Source: Octopus vulgaris (lineage: Eukaryota). Taken from it: 64,000 bases of DNA. The number at the start of each line of letters is the position of its first letter. Within the stretch, counting starts at the first letter, position 1. The notes beneath the pieces are model-generated. The model was given only the letters and a program-made list of their open reading frames with translations. It had not been told where the DNA came from and searched no databases. Below, one piece after another: positions 48,849 to 63,790 of this stretch. A program made the translations under genes and the position numbers. The stretch covers positions 53,444,001-53,508,000 of the forward strand of contig OX597831.1 in NCBI GenBank assembly GCA_951406725.2, read 5' to 3'.

Positions 48849-50499
48849 ATGTAAGTATAATGGGCTTCTTTCAGTTTCTGTCTACCAAATCCACTCAGAA
48901 GGCTTCGGCTGGCCCAATTCTATAGTAGAAGACACTTGCTGAAGGTGTCACATAGTGGGACTGAATCCTGAACCATGTGGTTGGGAAGCAAACTTCTTAT
49001 CACATAGCCACACCTATGCCTTGAATAAATTCTCTCTAAAATATTTTTTTAATTATGTAATGTCTTAATGAAATTAGGATGGTGCAGTTTGTCTGCAAAA
49101 TGCAATTGTGGTTTTATAATTCTTGGAAAATCATATAATGGGCTACATGCCAAAATAAGTTTAGGTATCCCTGCTTAAATCCTTAACAGGTTACTGGTGC
49201 CAAACATAATGCTCTGCACTCCTTTGAACTACGTCAGCAAGGTCGAGAGAGGAATCCTGACGATTGGGCTACCCAGGATTTTCTTACAACTAGCCCAGGC
49301 CTGCGCAAAACTGGAGAGGAAACTGGAGAGGACATGAAATATAAAAACCAGACTGGATTAGTTTATGCTCAACTCCATACTTCATGTTGTTTCATAGAAG
49401 CAAAGGTAATATCTGGATATAAACAGAGCTGAAATAATAGTAATAGAGGTTAATTGGTGAGAGTGGTAGTGATCAGTGATCAGTGGTTTTTATATTTTGC
49501 TATCAGCACTGTGTTGTTGTGCCTTTCTGATGCTAGGAGTATTGTTTAAAATGACCTGGCTAATCACCTCTCTCATAAATAAATGCAGCAGAAACAGAGC
49601 AGGAAGCAGACTTGTGACAACGAGCATCACCACCAAAACCAGTACCAGCACCACTACCACCAGCATCAGCACCATCATCATCATTGTCATCATTGTCATC
49701 ATTGCTGTTCTCATTGCTACTACTACCACTACCACCACCGTCATCATTGTCCCCAACATCATCATCGTCGTCATCATCATCATCATCATTATCATCATCA
49801 TCATCATCATCATCATTATCATCATCATCATCATCACTGCTCTTCCTCCACTATATCCATCATCATCATCATGGTAATTACCAGTATCATCACCAACACT
49901 GCTACCACTATGACCACCATGACCACCATTATTATTATCATCATCCACCAGCACCATCATAGCCAGCAGCAGCAGCAGCACCACCACCACCACCACCACT
50001 ACCACCACCACACTGGTATCGAGTTGTATCAGTTTTGCTTTTCCCTTGGACAACAGAGCTGTGGAAAGCAGAAGTGATTTGTATGCATGGACAATTGCTA
50101 GTCTTCCAGAAAAAAAAAATACATTCTTTGCTCTTTGCAGAGGAAGTTTTCAAGTGTAGTTACTCAGGCCATCTGTTTATCCATCCATCCATCCATTTAT
50201 CTATCCATCTGAATCGGGCATTTTGCCTGGACCAATAAATTACATTGTTTTTTCTTTTTTCCACTTACTGAAACATCTCGTCTGTGCATGCCATGACTAC
50301 TGATGATAGCAATAGTTCATTTACTGAACTGGTTGATCCTGGCCATTGACACTTTGTTTTCTGTTTATTTGCTCAGCATCTAGTGATATTTGCCACTGAC
50401 TCAATAAATCCATCTGTTGAAATAACTCACATCCATCTCACGATTTCAATGTACCCCTGGCTTGGGTGGTTACATGTTATTTAACCCATACTACCTGAT

Positions 50500-50930
50500 T
50501 GGTAGTAGGTAGCGATTTTCTTCACTACTTCTGGGAGTGATGACCCTGCCTGTCACGAGTCCCGGGCTCAGCTGGCTCTGGCTGACAGTACCTGGTATGG
50601 GCCCGTATCCAGGGTTACGGAAAGGAGACAGCCTTCGAAGAAATCCGGAGTGGAGCCCCGTAGGCGGTTTAGTGTTCAAATCGACACACTTCTGGCAACT
50701 CCTGCAACCAAGCTGGTGCCAAACATAATGCTCTGCACTCCTTTGGACTACGTCAGCAAGGTCGAGAGAGGAATCCTGACGATTGGGCTACCCAGGATTT
50801 TCTTACAACTAGCCCAGGCCTGCGCAAAACTGGAGAGGAAACTGGAGAGGACATGAAATATAAAAACCAGACTGGATTAGTTTATGCTCAACTCCATTGT
50901 CTCCCAAGACAAAAGGATGCCAACAATAAC
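50500..50930 (+). mobile_element. GC-rich repeat resembling an RTE LINE 5' region
   Basis: aaatccggagtggagcccc...ctggcaactcctgcaaccaagctggtgccaaac resembles RTE 5' UTR motifs (from memory). Its distal 185 bp is duplicated at 49194-49378. Confidence 0.5.
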
Positions 50931-52788
50931 AACAACCTGATAGGTGATGATACTACTCCAGTTCAGAGTAGACCTGGAAAAAATTGTGGCTAAGAGTTGG
51001 TTCCACACTCCTCAAAATCCTGGAATTCCTGAAACAAGGCCCCACAACCAGATGTAGTTTAAAGTCATACCCATCTATAATACTGTTATTTTTTCCTATT
51101 TGGTTACCCCTAGAAAGTATGAAAAATGACTAATATTTCCTTCAAGCTTTGATTTTGTTACATTTATTCAAACCCCAAAGAATCTCTCTCAACACATGGC
51201 CACGATACTCCCCCACTACTCCTGCTCATGATCAGAGATGCACATATTATCAGCTACTACAGGACATGCTCAAGCAAATGACAAGTAACTGTGGTATTGT
51301 GCAGAATATTTGCTATAATGATATTTCTACTTCAGCAACTCAGCACTGAATTTGTCTGAAATGTAATGGAAAATAGGTCAGTTTCAAAACACCGATGTCC
51401 AGGTCAGAAAAACAAAGTTTGAAGAGAATAAAAGTCATTTCCTTTGATTTCTAGATAGAAGCAAATAAGAAATAGCACTTACTGACCAAAAACAAAAAAA
51501 AATTCATTACACAGTGTAGTAGGTGACAAGAGTCATTGAATCTGTGTTTATTTACCTAGGGACAGGGGCAGCACAACATTTTATTTCTTGGCTTGGTTTG
51601 TTTTTTCTCAACTTTAATCTTTTGTCTTTTACTTGTATCAGTTATTAGAGTGCAGTCATGCTGGAGCACTACCTTCAAGGGTTTGCAGTGGAACAAATTG
51701 ACCCGTTTAACTAATTTTTTGAAGTCAGGTACTTTTCTATTGGTCCCTTTTCTTTTTTTGTTTATGGGGATATAAACAAACCAGCATTGGTTGTCAAGTG
51801 TTTGTCATAAGGTTTTTGTGCCATGCAATGGTTCGAAAGCAAACTTCTTACCACATTGCCATGCATTCTTTTTTTTTTATTTTTCTCCTTTTCTTTTTTC
51901 TCAGTCAGCTGCCTTTCTTGCAAGATGTCATTCCCTTTATTATCTTCCACAACAGACACACATACACACATTTACAGACAGAGAGAGAGAGAAAGAGAGA
52001 GAGAGAGGGAGAGAGAAAGAAGGAGAGAGAGAGAAGGAGAGAGAGAGAAGGAGAGAGAGAGGGAAATTAAGAAAGAGAAAGAGAGAGAGAAATAGAAAGT
52101 GAAGAAGTTTTGCAAGTTGAATGAAACTCATTAATGGTTAACAACTGTTAATTAGTTTTTAAATTAGTTACTGAAGTAATTATTTATTACTTAGACACAA
52201 GGCTTTCTCTTTGTAAGGAAAATAAAGAGGAAAGAAATGACTTTATGGTGTTTATGACGTCCATAAAAATATTAGTAGTATTCTAAGTGAGATTAATTAT
52301 CAATTGGCTTTAACCAGAGATTGAAACCAGATGGCTGACTCGGTTCATTAGATAAGCTTGTTCCTTGCTTGGTAGCACTTTCCACAAATTGCTGAAATAA
52401 TCATCTGATTAAATAATTAATTTGGTGCCGTTTAACTTCAGTAATCAAATACCTGAGATTTTAGCATCTGATAGATGTAAATGTGATGAGCCAATGAAAG
52501 GTCAGCTCAACACATTTACATGGCTGCTTGATCTGCTAGAAACAGCGGCTATATCTCCATCAAGACATTATCCTGCAGTCTTAAATACAGGGCATATTTG
52601 ATAAGGTAGGTGACTCCTTAGACACACCTGAAAAAGGGTGTCTAGGTTTGTTCTGTCCAAGTTGCATTTCACCATTTGTGCAAGCCAGACAAATGTTCTA
52701 CCTCTGAACCTTTATTTTTTAAAAAGGGAATCTAGGACTAAACAACAACAGCAACAACAGCAACAGCAGCAGCAGCAGCAGTAGCAGC

Positions 52789-52821
<33 letters not shown>

Positions 52822-54825
52822 AATGATGACGACAACAACAAAAAAAACTGAGACTCTGTCATTTAGAATGGCGCGTATTCCAGTTGATCCAGTTTAGCAT
52901 AAGGGAATGTTGTCCCCTTTCTTCTATACAGGTGTATAGTGCAGCATAAGGGAATGCATCTCAGTTGCGTCCACCTGAGGAAGAACAAGGAAGCTAAAGT
53001 CCACAATCTAAGGGCAGGTACAGTTCATTAGTGATGTAGTTAGAGTGTGTGCTGCTGAGTGTAAACCTTGAAATTGCCATCTCCCTGTCCCCTTTCTTCT
53101 ATACAGGTGTATAGTGCAAACCCAAAAGTGCTGCCCTTCATAGAAACATAACCTGGGTCAGACAGCTTCCACCACTGCCCTCCTCTATCGACACTATTGC
53201 AGTTCATCTGATGAGATTCCACAGCTCTCTTTCTGTCCAACTTCACACAAGAAGTTTTGAGTTAACTTGATTCTATCATAGAGTAGCATACACTTAGTCA
53301 AGGTCACTTGCAGTTGGATTGAACTTGGAACCATGTTATTTACAAAGCAAGCATCCTAATCACATGTCCGTGCCTGCACCCATAATTTTCATCTAGGTGT
53401 ACTGAATAGTTGAAAGAGTGTTGAGTGCTTTAACCATGGCATGAGTGCCATATTACTGATAAGGATGTAGCTGAATATTTTTAATTACCTCTTTATAATA
53501 ATTACAAGTCTCCAAGTTTTCTCCCTCTCTTTCTCTCTCCTTTTTTCTAATTTCAGGAAATAGGATGTTGTATTATAATTAGCTGGTTAATTATATGAAA
53601 TGTATACCCTGAGCAAATTCTGTCAATTAAGTTGGTGACCAAATAATATTTGGATTAGTATTGTTGCTGTTGCTGCTGCTGGTTATTAATAAATAAAGGT
53701 TGTTGAAAATTTGGGTCAATTTTTTTTTTAATATACAAGACTGGCTCTTAGAAGTAGAGATTCCAAATAGACTGGCAAGTCAGGAATTATTATTTCACCA
53801 TATTTGTATTAATACAAACCAGACAAATGTTCTACTTCTGAACCTTTGTCTTTATGTATTGGTTTCAAATTTTGGCACAAAGCCAGCAAGTTTATAGGAG
53901 GAGGTAAGTCAATTACATTGACCTCAATGTTCAACTGGTACTTATTTATTGATTCCTAAAGGACGAAAAGTAAAGTCGACCTCAGCAGAATTTGAACTCA
54001 GAATGAATTGATGAATGGAATGCTGCTAATCATTTTGCCCAGTGTGTTAACGATTCTGCCAGCTTGCTGCCTTATTTGCCCTTATGCATCAAAGCTCACA
54101 TTCATTTGCTTTTATTTAACAGACCTTCTGTACAAGGGGCTGGTAAGGATAAATAAATGATAAGTGGATGAACTTCGTGTAGATAAAGCATTGTCTAATC
54201 TGTTCAAGGTCATCAGCTGTAAGAAATTCCATTGATAGGAAGTGAGAATTCTATTGAGATGCATTGTTGAAGTATAAAGATTTGATATACTCAATAATGA
54301 GAGTGAGATACAGCATAATTGATTAATGATAGGAAGGAAGGTAGCAATAATGAGTGGGCACACTTGACAGTGCAATAGAGTTGGCAAGTTTAAAGGTATA
54401 GAAGTTTTGGTACTATTATCGAACAAAAATATAGAGGATAGAAATATACAACCTGAAGAAGTTTGCTTCCCAATCACATGGTTTTGGGTTCAGTCCTACG
54501 ATGAGGTACCTTGGGCAAGTGTCTTCTATTATGAGCTGAGAGCCAACCAAAGCCTTGTGAATGGTTTTGTTTGATGAAAACTGAAAGAAGCTTGTGTGTA
54601 TATTTGTGTCTCCTCATCTTCATATCACACGGTTGTTGTAAATGAATGTCATTCGTTTCCAATATTCTGTGAAAACATGTCTGGCCATAGGGAAAAAATT
54701 ACCTTGCTTGGAAACAGGTAAGGATTGGTGACAGAAAGGGCACCAGGTCAAAGAAAGTCTGTCTTAATAAGCTCTCACCAACCTATAAAAGCATGGAAAA
54801 GTGGACATAGAAATGATTATGATAG

Positions 54826-54859
<34 letters not shown>

Positions 54860-54967
54860 AAATTCTGTTATTTGCTGGTTGATAACTCATTCTTTCAGCA
54901 TACATTTTAACACATTGAAGTGGCAAATGGTCAATGCTGGTTAGTCTAGATGGTCAGTATATGTGTA

Positions 54968-55048
<81 letters not shown>

Positions 55049-55526
55049 CTGTCTGTTCATCTATCTATCTATATATGTATGTATGTATATATATATATGT
55101 GTGTATGTGTGTGTATATATATATCCATCATCATCATCATCATTTAATGTGCTCTCTCCATGCTGGCACAGGTTGAATGTTTTGACAGGAACTGGCCAGC
55201 TGGGGAGCTGCCAAGGTCCAACTTGTCTGTTTTGGCATGGCTTCTACAGCTGGATGCCCTTCCTAACACCAACCACTTCCGAGAATGTACTGGGTGCTTT
55301 GTGCATGACACTGGGACAAATGTTTTTATGTGACACTGACATGTGTCCTTTTATGTACTTTTTATGTGACACCAGCACCAGCAGGTCCATAAGGGAAGGA
55401 CCTTTCTGCCGAGAGAGAAATGTAGAAAGCACATACATAAACATACACACACACGTAAACACAACTGGTTTCTGTCCAAGGTGCCACATAGTGGGATAAA
55501 ACCTGAAGCCATATGGTTGAAGAGTG

Positions 55527-55606
<80 letters not shown>

Positions 55607-55833
55607 CAAGTTTGCAATAGCAATAACATCTGTGTTGCATTATAAATGGATATCTCCAACAAACCCTGAAATCCAGTTCAGGTCAAAAAAATGGAAGTCC
55701 TTGTGTTTAGAAATTACAAAAATATACACCCTATAAACAAGGAATTATTGCAATTGCATACAAACACACATGTATTATATATATAAAATATGTGTGTGTG
55801 ATTGTGTGTGTATATATATATATGTATGTATGT

Positions 55834-55874
<41 letters not shown>

Positions 55875-55881
55875 ATATATG

Positions 55882-55937
<56 letters not shown>

Positions 55938-56401
55938 GCATACATACATACATACAGACATATATATATATATATATATACACACACATATGCATATACA
56001 TATATACATACATACATAGATATTCATATATATATATATATGTATATGCATGTGTGTGCGTGATTGAGAGTCACTATAGTAGTGCGGTTAGGGTGTTGGG
56101 CTATTGATCATGTGATGATGATCACTTCAAACCTAACTACAGCCAACAAAGCATGCCTTTGGGAAAAGGCACATAACTCTGCATGCTTCAGTTTCCACAT
56201 CTACATTCCTACACAGTTGAATGATTTGCAGTAAGAAGTTCAACCAGCTGTAAAAAGCAATTGCTCCGACAAAACCCTCACACTCTTGCTTGTATGGGAA
56301 ACTTGCATGTAAAACAGCAAATTCAAGTATTTATCATGTATGTGCATGTGTGTGTGTGTGTTGATAGATAGATATAGATATGTACACGCACACATATATG
56401 T

Positions 56402-56450
<49 letters not shown>

Positions 56451-56564
56451 AACATATAAATGTGCATGTGTGTACATCTCTTTCTCTCTTTCCATCTCTC
56501 TCTCTATCTGCCTGTCTGTCTTTGTCTCTCTGTCTCTGTTTGTCTGTCTCTCTCTCTCTCTTTT

Positions 56565-56619
<55 letters not shown>

Positions 56620-56630
56620 GCATACATACA

Positions 56631-56665
<35 letters not shown>

Positions 56666-56788
56666 GTATGTATAAATTATATTTGATGGTTTATTTGCTA
56701 ATGATCAGCTTTTGAATAATGCTTGCTCATTCTTACCAACAGAGAGAGACAGAAATAAACAAAATTGCGTTCGTGTATGTGTGTATGT

Positions 56789-56869
<81 letters not shown>

Positions 56870-59089
56870 CATGCATTTGTGCTATGAGTTAATAATGTGT
56901 GGACTACATAATACAACCAGATGTAGAATGTAAAAATAAGTGGCACTAAATAAGTAGTATAGAAATTCTTGAACATTAACATGGATGTCACCATTAACAA
57001 TATTCAGAATCCAATATTTGATGCGATATGATTCTTTCTGACAATTTCATGGAAAACCTTTTCTTTTTCTTTGAATTTCAATTAATTCATAGTTGTTTAG
57101 ATTATTCTGGACCATATTTATTTTTACCATAATTTTGTTACCATATTTATTTTTACCATATTTTTTTTACCAGAAGTCCAGATTTTATCGTATTTTGTTA
57201 TTTCTTTCTGTTTTGATTTGTATGTTTTTTTGTTTGTTTAGCTTTTGTCCTTTTTATATTCTTTTCTTGTCATTCTTGTTGTTCTTCTTTTTTGGAACCT
57301 CGAAACCATTAGCAATATATTTTTTTCTTTATATTTCATCATTTTCTTCATCTGTCTCTTTCCAAAAACCATTTGAAACATCAATATTTTGTTGTTGTTG
57401 TTGTTGTTGTTATTGTTCCTACGTTCCTGTGTCCCTATTGAAATACTGTTACATTTGTGCTTCTCGTATTGTTCAGGCATTTCTTTGAAGTTCCACAAGA
57501 GCTTCATACCCCTCCAGTGGTGTACCAAAGATACCAAAATAGGATGTGCTGAACATTATAACAAAATAAAACTTGCAGCATATCTTTTTTTTTATTTTAT
57601 TCTATTTTTTTCTCCAAAATAAATGCCATATGTATAAATGACATGCATTTCTGCATTGTTCTGATATTTCTTTGAAGCTTCCAAGAACAATTTCGAAGAG
57701 CAATATACCCACTAGTGATGTACCATGGTTACCAAAACAAAACAATGTTTTTCGAACATTATTATAAAGTAAACAACTTGAACATACTTCTTTTTTTACT
57801 AAAATAACTTCCATATGTTTAAATGACAGTATATATACATATGTACTATGACTGTGGCTGTCTTGTCACATCACTCCATTTTTCTGATATCCTGTCTTTC
57901 ATGCTATGTCAAGCACATATGTTTCACCTGTTTCCCTCCAAACCATTGATTGGCTTGCCGTGCTTGCATCCAGATTGGTGGGTGTAGAGAAGACATGTGT
58001 GTGTGTGTGTGTGCATGCACATGTGTGAGTGTGAGAGGGGGTATTACAGAGGAGAGAGAGAGAAATGAAAGAGAGAAAATGGAGAAAGAGAGAGAGAGAG
58101 AGATAGGAAAGAGAGAGGGAGGGAGAAAGAATGAGAACCAATGAATGAGCATGTGTGTGTATGTGTGTGTGTGTGTGTGTGTATTATGGAGAAAGTGAAA
58201 GAGAAGAGAAAGGGAGAAAACAGAGAAAGAGAATGAGGGAGAAAAGAGAGAGAGAAATAATGAGTGAGCATGTGTGTGTGTATGTGTGTGTGTTATAGAG
58301 GGGAGAGAGAGAGGGAAGAAAGAGAGAAAACACAAAACAGAAAAAGAGGGAGAGGGGAGAGAGAAAGTGAAAGAAGTAATGAATGAGCATATATGAGCAT
58401 GTGTGTTCGTGTGTGTGTGTTTGTATGTGTGTGTCGCAACTGTTGCTCAGCAACTGTATCACTGCAAACAAAATTAGTCACAGAACTAGTTGGTGGATGG
58501 AATCTAAATGCATTATTATCATATTATTTTGCTTTGCAGGTATGACTATGTGCTCAAGAGGGGTTACCGCTTAAACCATATGATTTTGGGTTCAGTCTTA
58601 CTCAGTGCATTTTACTATGGCCCCTGGGCTGAGAAAGGTCTTGTGAGTGGATATGGGAGACAAAAACTGAAAAATAGCTAGTAATATTACATGTGTGTAG
58701 GTGTGTGTAAGAACAGTATGTGCACATACTTTCAAGTGTTGGGCCTCACAGGGCCAATGATGAATGACCAAGACCTTGGTATTATGTTGTGCATGAGAAG
58801 AAGACCCACCAAGCCAAGTAAAAATCAGTCATGGTAGATACTGGTTTCATGCAAATGGCACCTGTGCCAGTGGAATGTAAAAGCACCCATTACACTCTCA
58901 GTGTGGTTGGCATTAGGAAGGGCATCCAGCTGTTGAAACCATGCCAAATCAGACTGGAGTCTGGTGCAGCCTTCCAGCCTGCCAGCCCTAGTCAAATCGT
59001 CCAACCCATGCCAGCATGAACAATGAACATTAAATGATGATAATGATCATGATGATGACAAAAGCCTTTTATTTGTAAGAGTCATTGTG

Positions 59090-59530
59090 TTATCTTGACT
59101 GCTTGTAACTGCTATTCAGAAGCCATGTGAAGTAATTTATTCGTTTGCCCTTGTCATCTACTTTTCATTGCTGTACACATGTGAACTGATACAGCTTCAA
59201 CTTTAGACTTTTCAACACCCATTGGCATGACCTCCTGTGTATGTGAGACTGCTGCGCCAATTTACATGTTGACTTCTTTGGATTTTGAGTAACCCTTTGA
59301 TGAATGCCCTGAATATTTTCCAGTGTTTGAACTGTAGGTCTCTTTGTTTTGAGGCATTGGGTGCAGTGATACTGTAGTTTACCACTTCTTATCTAATATT
59401 TGTATCGTTCTCTTGCTGGTAAGTCTTTATCCAGAAGCTTGACTTCAAAAATTGCATGTGTTTGCCTCACAGAATCTGTCCTCACATGCGCTTTCACAAT
59501 CTCCACTCTCTCCATTATTGAGTACATCAT
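59090..59530 (-). mobile_element. Decayed Tc1/mariner transposase N-terminus
   Basis: MYSIMERVEIVKAH...SVRQT...F....P....(frameshift)TIQ.L.KKW..T ... QNPKKST.KLAQQ..I.RRSCQ..LK.LKLK.Y, with stops. Confidence 0.6.
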
Positions 59531-60259
59531 CTTGCAGAAAAGCCTAGAAATGTTCACTCGATACCTATTTCTTTATTGCCCACAAGGGGCTAAACATAGA
59601 GGGGACAAACAAAGACAGAGAAATGGATTAAGTCAATTACATCGACCCCAGTGCGTAACTGGTACTTAATTTATCGACCTCGAAAGAATGAAAGGCAAAG
59701 TCGACCTTGGTGGAATTTGAACTCAGAACATAACGGCAGACAAAATACGGCCACGCATTTCGCCTGACATGCTAACGTTTCTGCCAGCTCGCCACCTTGT
59801 TTACTCAATGCCATCTTACTTATGTAGTGAAGATGTGGTGAGTATAACATAACAAACAGTCAACAAGTGCACCATCTTTGATCAGCAGCTACAAGCAGTC
59901 GAAATAACACAATGACACTGGCAAATGAATGGCTGGGTGCCTTTTTTTGTGTATAAATTTATTTATACCATGCTATGGAAACTGGGCTACTACTTCAGTC
60001 AAAATAACATAATGACACTTGTTAATGAAAAGCCAGGTGCATTTTCGTGTGTGTAAATTCATTTCTGTATTTATGCCATGCTACAGAACCCAGGCTACAT
60101 TTTTGTGCACTACTCTGTATTATTATCTTTCTTGGAAACAGGTAAGGATTAGTGACAGGAAGGGTGTCCAGCTGTAGAAAATCTGCTTCAACAAATTTCA
60201 TTTGAACTATGCAACCATAAAAAAATGGATTTTAAAGCAGTGATGAGAATGATGATGAT

Positions 60260-61352
60260 TTTCTGAATTCAAACTCCACCAAGGTCAGCTTTGTCTTTTA
60301 TCCTTCTGTGTGAAGTTGAGGGATTTCAACAAAATAAAATGCCAGTCAAGTTCTGAGATTGATTTTAATCAACCATGTTCCTTCCCCCAAATTTGTGGCT
60401 TTGTGCCTATGCTAGAAATCAATATCTTATGCTTATAAGGTGGTGAGCTTGAGAATTGTAAGCATGCTGGGCAAAATGCTTAGCAGTATTTCATCTGTCT
60501 TTACGTTCTGAGTTTGAATTCTGTTGAGGTTGACTTTACTTTTCATACTTTCAGGGTTGATAAAATAAGGAACAGTTGAGTATTGGGGTCGATTTAATCA
60601 ATTTACTCCCTTCCCCAAAGTTGTTGGCTTTGTGCCAGAATTTTAAACTCTTATTTCATGTCTATATTAAGGCAGCAAGCTGCCAGGATCATTACCATAT
60701 TGGACAAAATGCTTAGCCTTTTTTTCCCACCTCTTCTCTTTTTCAGTTCAAATGCCACCAAGATCTTGCCTTTCATCAATTAGCGATCAATAAAATATGT
60801 ACTAGTTGAGTACTGGAATCGATGTCATTGACTTTCATCTCCCCTCAAAATTGCTGGCTTTGTGCCAAAATTAGAAAGAATTATTTCATATTTACATAAA
60901 CTATTTCCGTTATTCTTCAAATCATTGTGACAATAAGGAATGGAATCAGAGAGTCTTGTTTGTTTGTTTATGCGATTAGAGCCATTCTTAAAAGACTGAA
61001 AATAGAATAATATTAGCACAATTTGCAGAAAAATTTCCAGCAGGAGCTGCTGCAAGAATGCTTGTGCTATGACTTCTGCCTACACACATTGAATAACTAG
61101 AAGCTTTTGCAAAAACATGTGAAACAAATAGAAATAGAATAGAAATATACTGGAATCCTTTGCATTATAGAAGCATTGTGTTCCTTGAAAAATTTATCAT
61201 AAAGTGGAATTCCATTCCAGGAAACATATTCTCTATTGATTTCCATATTCATTGACTGCCATCTCACATGAAAGTCAATGAACACTGATTTTCCGTGTTA
61301 CAGTAAAATTTTCAGGAATGTAATGTTTCCATAGGGTAGGGATTGCTTGTTT

Positions 61353-61413
<61 letters not shown>

Positions 61414-61440
61414 ATATACACACACATATATATATGTATG

Positions 61441-61488
<48 letters not shown>

Positions 61489-61745
61489 CATTGATGCTGT
61501 AGGCACCTTGTGGTTATGGTATTTGTTCCATTTCTTTACTTTCTGAGTTCAAATCTCATTGAAGTTGACTCAACCATTTGAAGTTGACTTTTGTCCATAT
61601 GTATGTTCTGAGTTCAAATTCTACCAAGGTTGACAGCATTTCATCCTTTCGTGATTGATAAAATAAGTACTAGTTGAGCACTGGGGTTGATTTAATCGAC
61701 TACCCTCACTCTGCCAAATTTCAGGCCCTGTGCCGATAATAAAAA

Positions 61746-61777
<32 letters not shown>

Positions 61778-61827
61778 CATTATCATTGTTGTTGTTATTG
61801 TTATTATTATTATGGTTGTTGTTGTTG

Positions 61828-61894
<67 letters not shown>

Positions 61895-62618
61895 GAAGAC
61901 ACTGAATTGGCAATATCATGAAAAATGATTTGGACAAAATGCTTTGCAGTATTTCTTCCAGTTCTTTATGTTCTGAGTCCAAAGACTGCTGAGGTCAACT
62001 TTGCTTCTAATACTTACAGTGGGGTTGATAAAATGAAATACAAGTCAGAACTTGGGTTGCTGTAACTGACTAGTTCCCTCCTTCTCTCCCTCCCTCAGTT
62101 GTCATCATCATCATCATCATCATTACTATTAAGGGGTGAGCTGGCAGAATTGTTGGCATGTTGAACAAAATTTCAGGCCTTGTGCCTATAGTAGAAAGGA
62201 TTACTTTCATTATTATTAAAATGGTGAGCTGGCAGAAGCATTAGCACATTGGGTAAAAAGCTCAGAGGCATTTTTTTCTGACTCTTTATATTCTGAGTTC
62301 AAATACCGTCAAAGCCTACTTAGCCTTCAATTCTTACAGGGTTGATAAAATAAAGTACCAGTTCAGTATTTGGGTCAATATTATCAACTAAACCCCTTCC
62401 ACCAAAAATTTCAACCCTTAGAAAGAATTATTATTAATATTATTCTTGTTGTTGTTGCCGTTGTTGCTAGGGTACTAAAATTGTTAGCGTGTTGGAAAAA
62501 TACCACAGGGGTCGTCCTCCTGGGTTCAATAAGATAGAATAATAGTTAAGTACTGAGATGTCACACAATAGTTAGCTTTGCACCTGAATCAGAAACCATT
62601 ATTATTACTATTATCAAT

Positions 62619-62651
<33 letters not shown>

Positions 62652-63089
62652 GTTTAACGTTCATTTTCCATGCTAGCACGGGTTGGACGGTTCGACCGGG
62701 GTCCAGGAAGCCAGGAGGCTGCACCAGGCTCCAATCTGATCTGGCAGTGTTTCTACAGCTGGATGCCGTTCCTAACACCAGCCACTCCGGGAGTGTAGTG
62801 GGTGCTTTTTACGTGCCACCGGCACAGGTATCACAAATACAATTTCTATTTGATATTTATTTTGATGTTGATGTACTTGACTCAATAGGTCTCCTCAAGC
62901 ACAGCAGGTCGTTCTGCAATCCACGGTGCTTTGGATGGGTTGGGGCTATGCGAAAACTGGTGCAGGAAGCAGCCATGAACTCACATTATTTGTCGGGTCT
63001 TTGCAGTCACAGCATATCTCCAGAGATCTCGGTCTTTCGTCCGAATAATAATGATAATAATATCATTATTATTATCATTATTATTATCA

Positions 63090-63142
<53 letters not shown>

Positions 63143-63374
63143 CATCATCATCATCATTTAGGTGGTGAGCTAGTAGAATCATCAGTACGCTGGGCAAAAT
63201 GCTTAGCAACATTTTGTCTGTCTTCACATTCTGAGTTCAAATTCTGCCAAGGTTGACTTTGCCTTTTATCGATTCAAGATTGATAAAATAAGTACTAGTT
63301 GAGCACTGGGGCCAATGTAATCAACTCATCAGCTCTCCTGAACTTGCTGGTCTTGTACCAAAATTTGAGACCAA

Positions 63375-63428
<54 letters not shown>

Positions 63429-63449
63429 TACTATTACTATTACTATTAC

Positions 63450-63506
<57 letters not shown>

Positions 63507-63515
63507 TACTATTAC

Positions 63516-63570
<55 letters not shown>

Positions 63571-63790
63571 TGTAAGGTGGTGAGCTGGCAGAATTGTTAC
63601 CATGCCAGGCAAAATGCTTACCGGCATTTCGTCTAACTTTACGTTCTGAGTTCAAATTCAACTGAGGTTGACTTTGCCTTTCATCCTTTCAGGGTCGATA
63701 AATTAAGTACCAGTGAGATACTGGGGTCAATGTATTTGACTAGTCTTCTCCCACAAAATTTCAGACCTTGTGTCTATTATAAAAAGGATT
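60260..63790 (+). repeat. Head-to-tail cluster of SINE A copies interleaved with (ATT)n/(CAT)n and an RTE 3' end (62620-63040, minus)
   Basis: Copies near 60260, 60437, 60668, 61540, 61905, 62130, 62220, 62470, 63160 and 63574, all on the + strand. Confidence 0.85.

Noticed and set aside
49194-50897. Direct repeats as LTRs of a TRIM/LTR element (TG...CA ends can be drawn)
   Set aside because: No TSD, PBS or PPT. The interior is simple repeat, and the second copy is internal to a longer element.
54112-54455. 121-aa minus-strand ORF
   Set aside because: No recognisable host domain. It starts inside a SINE and more likely is decayed LINE sequence.
60895-60995. Possible minus-strand exon after a good acceptor (gctaat...ttctattttcag)
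   Set aside because: Weak donor, unrecognisable peptide and no partner exons. Similar isolated acceptors near 256(-) and 11908(+) were also left unannotated.
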